A stretch of DNA of 63,999 nt, filler included, from Asterionella formosa (Eukaryota), in NCBI GenBank assembly GCA_002256025.1. It is 8 parts of 8 records of this genome, joined end to end, with 100 filler letters (N's around TTAATTAATTAA, not from the genome) between each part and the next. Parts side by side here need not be neighbours in the genome. Positions count along the whole stretch, not along the records: positions 26,837 to 53,558 come from NKIB01001642.1; positions 53,659 to 55,301 come from NKIB01001645.1; positions 55,402 to 57,042 come from NKIB01001647.1; positions 57,143 to 58,783 come from NKIB01001648.1; positions 58,884 to 60,524 come from NKIB01001649.1; positions 60,625 to 62,265 come from NKIB01001650.1; positions 62,366 to 63,999 come from NKIB01001671.1; 1 more part is not named here. The stretch is one strand, 5' to 3'. Every line of letters begins with the position of its first letter. Within the stretch, counting starts at the first letter, position 1. The position numbers were made by a program, and so were the translations under genes. Below, piece by piece: positions 51,392 through 62,555 of this stretch. Under the pieces are notes generated by a model. That model had not been told where the DNA came from and searched no databases. It was given only the letters and a program-made list of their open reading frames with translations.

Positions 51392-51706
51392 GCAGAAAGT
51401 AGCCAGATCGAATCACGCATTTTGCAAGCCGACCTTGCAATTTTCCTTGTTTTTAAATTGAAACTAGTATTTTCTGTTGGCCTTGTGATAGCTCGGCTGT
51501 ATCTCGATTATGGATGTGGAAATAAACTATACGACTCTAGTGTCAGTATTGACATGCTCTCATGATACGCTGAGTTGGTATGAGAAGCTAGAAACACGAG
51601 GTGGTGCAAAGGAACCCTTTGCACATATCAAACTCAGAGTATTTCTGCGGTTGATTTCACAATGCAATCATTTACTGAGTGATGAAAAAATAATAAAATC
51701 TCCTTT

Positions 51707-52879
51707 TTAGTTCTGTTTGCATTCTGGGTTTTCGTCTCCACTTGTCGGAGCTGGGAATGGACACGATGAAGGAGCCTCTCCATCCGTTGCAAAATCGGTC
51801 ATGGCCATCATTTCTTTCATTTCGTCGTCCATTGCCTGACCAGTGAACCAACGCACGGCATTTGGGATGATATGAGATCTGAAAGCTTGAGCTATATCGT
51901 AGTCTCCATCGAATAATTCTTCTAGTCGATCGGCTTCCTCCTCGTCCATAGATTCCATCGACGGCATCTTAGGAGGCAGGAAAAAATGAAAGAAGGAGTC
52001 TCTTCGTTCCTGCTTTTTCAGGTTTCTAATTTGTCCGGCGTGCTTGCCTTTCCCTCTCTGCTTCTTTATGACCTCCCGATGTGTTAGGCACTTCTTTGGA
52101 AACCATAAGATGTCGCAACCTTCAACGTTCTTGAGAATGGGTTCATCTGCAAGCAAAAGATTTGGCACTTCGTATCTCTTCGTCAAAACGGAGTTTTGAA
52201 AATATTGGTTTGGTCCAAAATGAAACTCCAATGTAAAGCCATTTCCATCGACATCGTCGAGACACTTGATATCAGTGAGGTATTCAAGACAATCAACATC
52301 TTCCTCGGCGATGCTTTCGGCAATGGCTTCCATGTGTCCCATGGCACAAACCCAAAACTGTGGAATACCGACCGCATCATCCAACCCCTTGTCATCTATC
52401 CTGCCAGTATCGGTAATATTTCCATCCAACGAATCAACATTCTTTGCACTATCGGCAGAAATCTCATTATCCATGGTGCCATTGATGATTTCCTTCCGTT
52501 TCTCGTACAGCGGCGCGAACAAGGATTGGTACTTCTGTTCCAGGGCTGCTCGATCTTCGAGGTATTGTTCAAGAACAGTCTCTCGCTGTTCATGAAGCTC
52601 CTTCAGTTTCTCTACCCGCCTCAACACAAATAAGGGTAAAACAGACATAGGATCTTCGGCATCGTCGAAATCCATAGCTCCGTTTTCATCACCAACGTCA
52701 CCTATCTCGTCGTCATCGTCGTCGTCGTCAACGAGACTCACGCCAGCAATATTGATGGATATATGCTCATCTGGAGCTTCGTCTAGTTCGATGCCATCAT
52801 CGGAGTCAACGTGTGGGTCGGCATTATCACCGCCTGAATTTGGATTGGCGCTGCTTGGGGTATCGCCGTCAAACGCCAT
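51707..52879 (-). CDS. NAP1: Nucleosome assembly protein 1-like
   Basis: RRVEKLKELH, PLYEKRKEII, GIPQFW, FTLEFHFGPNQYFQNSVLTKRY, GCDILW, DSFFHFF, IIPNAVRWFTG, C-terminal ECKQN. ATG at 52879. Confidence 0.95.
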   Translation of the reverse strand: MAFDGDTPSSANPNSGGDNADPHVDSDDGIELDEAPDEHISINIAGVSLVDDDDDDDEIGDVGDENGAMDFDDAEDPMSVLPLFVLRRVEKLKELHEQRETVLEQYLEDRAALEQKYQSLFAPLYEKRKEIINGTMDNEISADSAKNVDSLDGNITDTGRIDDKGLDDAVGIPQFWVCAMGHMEAIAESIAEEDVDCLEYLTDIKCLDDVDGNGFTLEFHFGPNQYFQNSVLTKRYEVPNLLLADEPILKNVEGCDILWFPKKCLTHREVIKKQRGKGKHAGQIRNLKKQERRDSFFHFFLPPKMPSMESMDEEEADRLEELFDGDYDIAQAFRSHIIPNAVRWFTGQAMDDEMKEMMAMTDFATDGEAPSSCPFPAPTSGDENPECKQN

Positions 52880-53658
52880 TGTCAACAAAATCCTGGTTTG
52901 ATTAGTAGTATATGGTACGGTAATGTTGGAGAAATGATTTTAGGAAACATCCTGGTACTACCGGTACACCACCTACATACATTGGTAAACATATTGATTC
53001 AAATGAATCAAAAACAATACCCGTACCAAAATCTGCGCGTGCGTCCATTGATTCCTTCTCCAATGATGCCTTAAAATTAAAATAAGAGCATCGCCACCGC
53101 ATCGACCAAATACCAAAGCCAATTGCAGTTGAAAATATCAATACACGTCACTTGGTTGAGAATTTTTTTATCAATAGTCGAATTTTTCATATTTTTGTAT
53201 CGTTATTTTAATAAACCCGATTACTACCAATAAGAAAATGATGGGACGCACTGCGTGGTTTGTGGTACCAGGTAGCATACCAGGGTACTCATCCATATGT
53301 ATCTGCCTGATGAAATGAGCAACGATAGCGACTCATCAGATGACGACCGCTCCTACACTTCCGTACATACCAGTTAAACATATACAGGAAGAAAACGAGA
53401 AAGGCAACCGAAGGAGGATCAAAGGAAGTCGCTTAGCTACCGGTAGTCTGTACCTGTAGTTTTTTGAATAATTGTAGCACCCTTTTTCCTGCAAATTCCT
53501 TATTCTTACGCAGCTAGTACTACGCCTATCTAAACTGCCCATCAAAAACTAATATGACNNNNNNNNNNNNNNNNNNNNNNNNNNNNNNNNNNNNNNNNNN
53601 NNTTAATTAATTAANNNNNNNNNNNNNNNNNNNNNNNNNNNNNNNNNNNNNNNNNNNN

Positions 53659-54680
53659 GGCTATACACAGTGAAACCGGAGTTAGGCAAAGAAGTGGAGA
53701 GTGACACAGAGCTTGCCGATTTCATATGGAATGGTTCTGATGCACTACTTCTAATGAATCAGACCATTGAACGTACCAACAAGGCACATTTAGATGACAT
53801 CAAATCAACATTTGGTGGCATGTGCCTAAAAAAGTTGAGCGAAAGAATGTCAGAATGTATTGAATTAATCAATTTAAAGGGATGCATCTTACTAGGTAAG
53901 TTCTTGCAGGGAGATGCTCCGAAAGCATGGTGTTTTGAGTAGGTGATTATATTCTTATCAAATATGTTTCAATTTAAAAATGCTAACATAATTCATGACA
54001 CACCAGCTGGTTTAACAGAATATAGCTAACTTCCAGACTATTGATATTGATGACTTGATTAGGTGGTCGTTGACGCTTTATCGTTTTGCGCAGTCAAAGG
54101 ACATTGACAGGGGAAGCCATGGATACCAAACAAGTCTGGCGTGATCTTCTTGCTCCGGTGTAGCTATTTTATAAGCAGGACAAGCCTTGGAGAACCATTT
54201 TTAACACGAGACAAATCTGGTGTGACCAAGCCAAATTTCAACTCAGTCTTCGGGCACAGTGTGAATTGCAATCACGTTTTGTTGGTTTGCTGATCAATGC
54301 TGCCAGTACAGAAGCATTTTGCTTCTTGGTGCTGAAAGGAAAATTCCGATTGCAACAAAAATATTTGGGTTTCAATCCAGATACCCATGAAATTTCAGAG
54401 AATTAGCGATATTTGTCATTCTACCGATTTTTAACAGGAGACAAATTTGGTGTGACCAAGCCAAATTTCAACTCAGTCTTCGGGCACAATGTGAATTGCA
54501 ATCACGTTTTGTTGGTTCGCTGATCAATGCCAGTACAGAAACATTTTGCTTCTTGGTGCGTGCTGAAAGAAAAATTCCGATTACAACAAAAATATTTGGG
54601 TTTCAATCCAGATACCCATGAAATTTCAGAGAATTAGCGATATTCGTCATTCTACCGATTTTTTCGACATTGGTGGGAAA
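53659..54680 (+). repeat. Multicopy repeat family with decayed coding capacity; homologue at 63302..63999; internal ~230 bp tandem duplication (about 54199-54662)
   Basis: KPELGKEVESDTELADFIWNGSDALLLMNQTIE (53670..) versus KPELGKELESDPEHTDFIWNGSDALLPMNQTIE (63184..63507). Nucleotide similarity continues to the window end. Confidence 0.85.
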
Positions 54681-55401
54681 CCACTTATTTAAAAAAGTGT
54701 GAGCATGGGAAGAAAGTTCAGTTTCAAATGGTCTTACTTATCAATGGACTGATGATTTACTCATTTATTATAGCTAAGGAAATCTACACTGGACTTTCAC
54801 AAAAGAATCGATCTGAATATGGAAGGAATCCTAGTGGAATTGCTACTCCCAACACAAATATCATCTACCCACACTCATACTTCTCATTTCCCAACGTAAG
54901 TAAAGAGGATATGCATCAATTTGTTGAATCACTTCAATCAAATTTTCCTGAAAAGAATATTGATTATAATGACCGCATTAATCAACAATGGGACATTGAT
55001 GACGATGTTGATTTTGAATGGATCTAATAGAATCCAGCAATGCATACTTAGTAGTTACATAATAATTATAATTAGTGTGAGACTTCTACAATGCAAGCCA
55101 TATCATAGATGATAGGAAAACATTGATTCTGCTCTATACTACTATTACTATTAGTGCCGCCTGTACTAGCTATAGCCTTGTTGGTACGTTCAATGGTCTG
55201 ATTCATTAGAAGTAGTGCATCAGAACCATTCCATATGAAATCGGCAAGCTCTGTGTCACTCTCCACTTCTTTGCCTAACTCCGGTTTCACTGTGTATAGC
55301 CNNNNNNNNNNNNNNNNNNNNNNNNNNNNNNNNNNNNNNNNNNNNTTAATTAATTAANNNNNNNNNNNNNNNNNNNNNNNNNNNNNNNNNNNNNNNNNNN
55401 N

Positions 55402-56852
55402 AGCCACTGTTATTGACTCTCAGAGATATCATGAAGAAGGTAATCTTCCAGCCACATCACTATGACTTTCTTGTTGAGACTGTTATGGTGGGACTGAGCA
55501 TTTGAGTGTATTGCAACGCTCATCCAGTCAGACAAGACGATATCTGTGAGCCATCTTTTGTAGCAGTAGGTGAACAAGCAAGGAATCTGCTGGACTGAAG
55601 ATATATGTGTTAGCCATATCACAGGATTTACTGAAATCAATAAACAAGCTTCCCCTGAGCGTCAATTGATCATATCTTTTCTGTAAGACTCCAAATGTGG
55701 ACCTGGCTTGTAAGGATACACAAAGAAGTTTGAATCTTGATGTTTAGTATGTTGTTATCCTTCATCAATGGGACCACTGGAACTTGAGAGGACATCAACA
55801 ATATTAATTCTAATTGGACTCTTTTTGAATTCAAAGTGAAGTATCTAACTAGAAGTAGTAGTATTTGTTGAATATATGAGTTTATTTGTTAATCCTTGTG
55901 TGTAACTCATTCTCTAAGTCGACACCAAAGTATACAATGAGGGTTAGTCGAGTTCTCTCATTATTGAGTTCTGATACATATATCATATAACACTAACCCT
56001 ATATACATCTGTATTGATGTGCAAGATCGCTCACCAGGTACTAACAATGTAGGGACACGACTTAAAAATTAAATTGGAGATGAGCGATGATGGCTGATTT
56101 TATCCTACATACGACATGCAAAAAAGCAAGCGACACGCACAGCTAAAAAAACCTTGTACCTGGTACCCTGGTACCAGGTACCAGGTACTTCTCCGTACAA
56201 GGTACTGGTACCAGGTGAGCGATCTTGCGCATCAATACAGATGTATATAGTGTTAGTGTTATATCATATATGTACCGTATCAGAACTCAATAATGAGAGA
56301 ACTCGACTAACCCTCATTGTATACTTTGGTGTCAACTTAGAGAACGAGTTACAAAGAAGGATTAACAAATAAGCTCATATATTCAACAAATACTACTACT
56401 TCTAGTTAGATACTTCACTTTGAATTCAAAAAGAGTCCAATTAGAATTAATATTGTTGATGTCCTCTCAAGTTCCAGTGGTCCCATTGATGAAGGATAAC
56501 AACATACTAAACATCAAGATTCAAACTTCTTTGTGTATCCTTACAAGCCAGGTCCACATTTGGAGTCTTACAGAAAAGATATGATCAATTGACGCTCAGG
56601 GGAAGCTTGTTTATTGATTTCAGTAAATCCTGTGATATGGCTAACACATATATCTTCAGTCCAGCAGATTCCTTGCTTGTTCACCTACTGCTACAAAAGA
56701 TGACTCATAGATATCGTCCTGTCTGACTGGATGAGCGTTGCAATACACTCAGATGCTCAGTCCCACCATAACAGTCTCAACAAGAAAGTCATAGTGATGT
56801 GGCTGGAAGATTACCTTCTTCATGATATCTCTGAGAGTCAATAACAGTGGCT
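55402..56852. repeat. Long inverted repeat, arms 55402-56040 and 56209-56852, ~170 bp spacer
   Basis: Arms are reverse complements with scattered substitutions and small indels. Confidence 0.93.
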
Positions 56853-59359
56853 GGATGCCATGATATTACTCAATAAAACATTTCAACATGTTTATAATCG
56901 ACTTTGCTGCCTGTCTCAAGACCTTAAAGAAGCTCCTAAAACTCATGATAACTCATCCAGAAGATCAAGAGGTTTCCGCCAAGGAAGATTTGAGGTTGAT
57001 TGTCATTTTGCTTGATCGACATGCGTGGCAACAAGTGTTTGANNNNNNNNNNNNNNNNNNNNNNNNNNNNNNNNNNNNNNNNNNNNTTAATTAATTAANN
57101 NNNNNNNNNNNNNNNNNNNNNNNNNNNNNNNNNNNNNNNNNNTAGCAATGCTATCTATTATTCTACATGCCAGCGACCCAACGTTTCTCTCTCTACTCGG
57201 CTCAATGTATATTGTTCCTGTCTCGCTCTTTTCTTCCTCTTTTCTGAATCTTGTGCCAAGCAATGCCTTACTAATGTTGCGTCTCTCTCCCTGCTGTTAG
57301 TGTCATTCTGAACTCGCCGACTATTCCGTTGTTTGATCGGTTTTATTGTCCTATGCAGTTACAGTAACAATGAGAAGGAAAGACTTGTTAGCTAGACATA
57401 ATACACTGACACAACAGCCATCACGCCATTCCATCGTGGTTATGTCCTCTTGCTTGCTTCACTTACCACAGCCAAATCAAAGCAAGTGATGCATAAGTCT
57501 GTAATAGTAAATTGTCAGTAAATTCTTGAATAAATAAGTTTCAGGCTTCCAATGTTGCCGAATAAAACTTACCAATTCATTTTCGTTAGCTTAACTTTGA
57601 GAGAAGGTAAAGTGGCATGTCCATCAGTTATGTTCCATCAGAAGTGAATAAGTCCAATGACAAGAGCACTTACCGATTTTGTTTTGTTTTACATTGGTGC
57701 TCCCCAACAAGCGAAACGAGCTGTTGAATCAACTGAGAAAAAAGGAAATGTGCGTTTAGTTTACAATTTGTTGTTGTCCTGCCTCCCAACGATTGTCATT
57801 CAAGTACCACGCACATTGATGGCTTCATTACCTTAAACATACTCCATCCTTCGAAGGCGCAATGTGTCGAAGCCACAATGTTTTTCGTTATGTATTGCGT
57901 AAACTTTCCTTTCTTGTCATGTGCTTCACTACAATATTTCTTTTCATGAAGCAGGCATTGTTTGTTAACATGACAGAACGATTTCAAATATATTTGCCGT
58001 GTATATAGTTATAAAATTTGTATGTATATAAATTTATCAAGTGTCGTACATTTATAAAAATCAAAGGCACTCTCAATATGGATTGTCTGGTATTGTTGAG
58101 ATGATGACATTTGAACTGTGACTCTTTATGAATAGAGTCTTCAACCACGAAGAACAACTGTTTGGGTTTCCTTGGCTCTTCGAAAGCAATCTTTCCTTCT
58201 TTTCAATCTCTGCCACTATTGTATCGGCATAATTGCTTCATTTTTCTTCTTGAGTATTATGAATCTGTTCAAATTCATTTGTTATTTGAGTGTATTCAAA
58301 GGAATCTTCGATTGATTTCATAAGTTTCTTCATCTTCTTTTCCGAAAACATTAAATCGTGTAGTGTAAACAATGGAAGTAAGTCAGGTTTCTTGTTTGAC
58401 TGATCCTTTGCATGAATTCCATGAAATGCCATTTGGAAAGTTGTCAAAGGGCCAGAAGACTATGATGTAAAACAGTGGAAGGGAAACTCGGAGCTTTTTG
58501 CGGCGCTTGTGGAGGTGCAGCTGGTGTGATGGTAACCGAGTGTAGTAATTGTTGAACAGAGCACAGCAGTGTAATATGCATGTTCCGCCAGCTTAGTGTT
58601 TACACAATACACATGCTGGCATAAATACAGCTATAACAAGGAAAAACGACATGACAATGAATGTGATGGCTGGTTGTTGAGGATACCGGTATGTGATATG
58701 CATCAATATATTTCACAAATCATATAATAGTGATGTACATATCACTGCATCCGTATACTTAGATCCTATCCACCATATAATACNNNNNNNNNNNNNNNNN
58801 NNNNNNNNNNNNNNNNNNNNNNNNNNNTTAATTAATTAANNNNNNNNNNNNNNNNNNNNNNNNNNNNNNNNNNNNNNNNNNNNTCGGTTGATTGCTGCGA
58901 TAATCGATCGTCGCTTCATACAAATGAGCACATCCGTAGCTAGCAATGACAAAGGTGAGCCGTGGCAAACTGTAGACCGATCATATGGTTTCGCAATATT
59001 TAATGACAAGGACAAAGAAAAGTTCATGCCGACAAGATTCTACAACACACCGGTACGTAGTGACATGTATGTATGCGCATCCATCAGGTACCAGGTACCT
59101 GGTACCTCGTACCGGTATTAATACTCCATAATATCATAGTAAGTCATAGGTACCGTCCAGTATAATTCTCTATTCATCTACCGGTACATCAATGCTCGAT
59201 GTCAGGTGCCTATCAGGTACCTGGTACCTGGTACCAGGGTACCAGGTACCAGCTACCGGTACATCCAATGCATCACGTACCGACCTCAAGCTAAGTACGG
59301 TATGAACCATCAGAATCCGTCATCCATTTTACACTGTACAAAAGTATTGAATGCAGGGA

Positions 59360-60209
59360 GTCATTATTAGGTTTTCCCGCACCTAAAATTCCAAGAACTG
59401 AAAAGGAAGTTTAACTTCGTCTGTAGCCTTGTACCAACATTTGTCTGTAGGACGAGAAAATATTCTCAATCATTTCCTGAATTTTAGGTGCGGAATAACC
59501 TAAAATGACCCTCAGGGGCGATTAATTTAACCTAAAATTCCCCACCTTCTGCAGAGAAGTGGCAGTCATCCCTCGTAGATTTCTTAAAAAGCTTGATGGC
59601 CCCCTTTTTAGGCTATTTTTGGATATTTATAATTCCAAGAGGGATAACTGCCACTTCTCTCCAGAAATGAGGTCCTTACCATATCTGTATATAGATCATA
59701 CGCCTTTGTTGACCCATGGCTGTATCTAAGCATATGCGAAGTGTTCGTATTGGTGAAAGCTAATTTTACCTTTTAACTATTTTATTTCGTTGCTCGTGCT
59801 GTGTGGATTGAAGTACATAATAAAATTATTTTGGAAAAAAAGACCTCGTGGTGTGTAACTGTGCTGCATTTGAACCCCTAGCTCGAGGTAGGGTTAAGAA
59901 AATAATATTCAGTCAGACTAATCAAACACGTACTTTTCACATATAAATTAAAAATGTATAACGCTCAATGGAGCTTTCACCAATAGACACCCTTTCCATA
60001 TGCTTAAATACAGTCTTCGGACAAAGTAGGGGTGTAGGTTCACTCAATATATCGTCAGTATATAGGATCTGGTCAGAAACTGCAGAAAGGAACTTCGGTT
60101 TTTTAGCTATGCTAAAAAGACTCTAAAATTCGGGGGAAATCTGTTTATTTGGCATAGTAAAAAAACCGAAGTTCCTTTCTGCAGTTTCTCGCCAGAAGCT
60201 ATATACTGA
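59360..60209. repeat. Three short imperfect inverted-repeat (MITE-like hairpin) units: 59360-59509, 59547-59666, 60055-60209
   Basis: GTCATTATTAGG...GCACCTAAAATTC / GAATTTTAGGTGC...ACCTAAAATGAC; AGAGAAGTGGCAGT / ACTGCCACTTCTCT; AGAAACTGCAGAAAGGAACTTCGGTTTTTT / AAAAAACCGAAGTTCCTTTCTGCAGTTTCT. Confidence 0.8.
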
Positions 60210-60799
60210 TGCTATTTGAAAGTTACCTATGTATCTAAATCGCCGTCAGACCCAGCCAACGTTTAGCTATCGTCGTCCAAAACATCTAAGCCGCGAAATA
60301 CGCCACTTTTCGAAATTTCGTCTACGTATGAGTGTTAATTATGTGGTACTTCACATGCATTAATGCCACTCTTCACGTAAAAAAGATTACTTTTAACGGT
60401 TTCATGTGAAGTTTTAACTGTTTCATGTGAAGTTTTCACAATGAATTTTGAACGCGAGACTGAATTAGTTGATGTTTCAAATAATTCATTTGACTTTTCG
60501 AAATTTCGTCTACGTACGAGTGTTNNNNNNNNNNNNNNNNNNNNNNNNNNNNNNNNNNNNNNNNNNNNTTAATTAATTAANNNNNNNNNNNNNNNNNNNN
60601 NNNNNNNNNNNNNNNNNNNNNNNNAAAAGAAACAATACATATAATAATTAAATTTCCAAGTCAAAAGGGTTACTATTTAAGTTACGAGGGCATTTATCAA
60701 AATTATTAGATGATATAACGAAAATTTATGATCAGATGATCATAATCCCATTATGCATCATGGAAATATGATGGTTTTTATTTGGAGACGTTTGAGAGG

Positions 60800-62000
60800 C
60801 TAAGAGATGTTGACCATTTTTGTAGAGGGTAACAAGCCAAGCATCCATGGCAGCAGAACAAGGCGTTGTTGGTTAAGGGGAAGGCCAAATAAGTGATTCT
60901 GATCTGCTAGAATGTTAACAAGATGTTGGTTTTGGTAGCCACTTGTGATGTTTGAGATAAGAAAGCGAGTGTGTTTCGCTCGGTTATCCTGGAGGAGATT
61001 AGGGTCATGGATGAAGGAATTGCGTTCATCCCGCTCATTGGTCAGAAGCATATACTATGCAGAGGCTATCGAGAAGGGGCATGTCTATTGGGGAATTGGG
61101 GTGGAGTGATCTTGGATTGTGGGAACAAGCATTGTTTGTCTATACATAGTGTCTCCCCATGCAAGAGCTAAATGCCCTCTGACAGTCAGGTTCCATCCTA
61201 TTTTTGTTCGGTGTTGGAAGGCAGTGGCGGTTTAAGTGGAAGTAGCTAGTAGCTAGCTAGGGATTCAGTGTGAATGGGTGCTGGGAGAGGCCAAAAAGGC
61301 AGGGCCGGACGAATTGCCATGCTCCCAGGAGTGGATTCCATATTACAGGGCAAAGAAAACTATTTCTGGCGTTTTCAGTTTTGTTTTGAGGTGGGTTGCA
61401 AGTATGGACCCTTTCGCGTCGCGAAAGGCTTGGGAATGAGAGCAAGCAAGTCAGCCCCCCTATTTCTGGCGTTTTCAGTTTTGTTTTGAGGTGGGTTGCA
61501 AGTATGGACCCTTTCGCATCGCGAAAGGCTTGGGAATGAGAGCAAGCAAGTCAGCCAGCAGGACATGATGATGATGAGATTCAGGGAATTCGTGACAACG
61601 AGGGCAGAAGGAGAATCGGTTTTCCCCCAGCGGTGGAGGGTACAGTTTGTGGGCCATTGGCCATTAGCAACAAGTTTGCGGCAATGGGGTAGATGTTTGC
61701 TTGGCGGCACGGGAGGAGGATGGTGTCCAATCAATGGATAGGGAGGTTCCGTGGTGAGACCAGCCGAGTTTTGTTTCGAAGCAAGTAGCGGAAATGTCTA
61801 TGTTGATGGTACGCTATTCAAGAGGTTAACTCCATGTTGAAGGTTACTGCTGGGCGACCTGCAATGAGCAAGGTGGCGTAAACTGAAGAATGCGGAAGAT
61901 TTTAGTCCGAAGTGATGAGGCAGCGAGCAATTGTGTAAGTTAGATGGGTAAGGGTACTAGCTATCTGCTTGAATATTTATTTTAGCTGGTGGAAGAGCGA
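60800..62000 (-). mobile_element. Non-LTR retrotransposon (LINE) ORF2 C-terminal remnant with ~100 bp tandem duplication (about 61361-61555)
   Basis: Across a frameshift: GQWPTN..LHRWGKTDSP / CPRCHEFPESHHHHVL, resembling the zf-RVT zinc-binding motif downstream of LINE RT. Boundaries approximate. Confidence 0.55.
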
Positions 62001-62555
62001 GATAAGAGTTTGCTTGAAGGGGGTGAGTGTTGCCTTCGTCTTGATGACCTTTGACATGGACAATGGTGTGATGTCGACTGGAATGGATGCTAAAACTATT
62101 TTGGAGGCGTGGAAAAGATCTCAATCAGGTTGTAGACTGGATCATACTATGAAATGATCGGTATGAACAATTCGTTTGACGAGAGCTTCATTATTGGCTG
62201 ATGTGTGACCTGGCGGTGTAAGGGGGGGGGGGGGGGTGTGGTGGGGTAAGATTTTTGATGTTTTTNNNNNNNNNNNNNNNNNNNNNNNNNNNNNNNNNNN
62301 NNNNNNNNNTTAATTAATTAANNNNNNNNNNNNNNNNNNNNNNNNNNNNNNNNNNNNNNNNNNNNTTATGGTATCATATCTATACAGCGTAAAATATTAT
62401 ATGTAGTGGTGGCTGATGATTCATTTCATTGTAGCTAGCAACAACTGATTTTAAGATCATCGAACTTTAAGTAAGCGAATGACAACAGTTATCTAGTAGT
62501 ACAAGCAATGTCTTCAAAAAACCATCAAAAGGTGCATGGAACAAACAAGTGACAT

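Noticed and set aside
53659..55301. Contig with perfect terminal inverted repeats (53659-53785 / 55175-55301), resembling a linear element or complete transposon
   Set aside because: The repeat is exactly 127 bp and flush with both contig ends, matching a common de Bruijn k-mer overlap. The same sequence is internal, not terminal, in the homologue at 63302. Probably an assembly-graph or inversion-chimera effect.
57143..58783. Contig with coding-like but stop-riddled minus-strand sequence
   Set aside because: Probably a decayed transposon, but no family motif could be supported.
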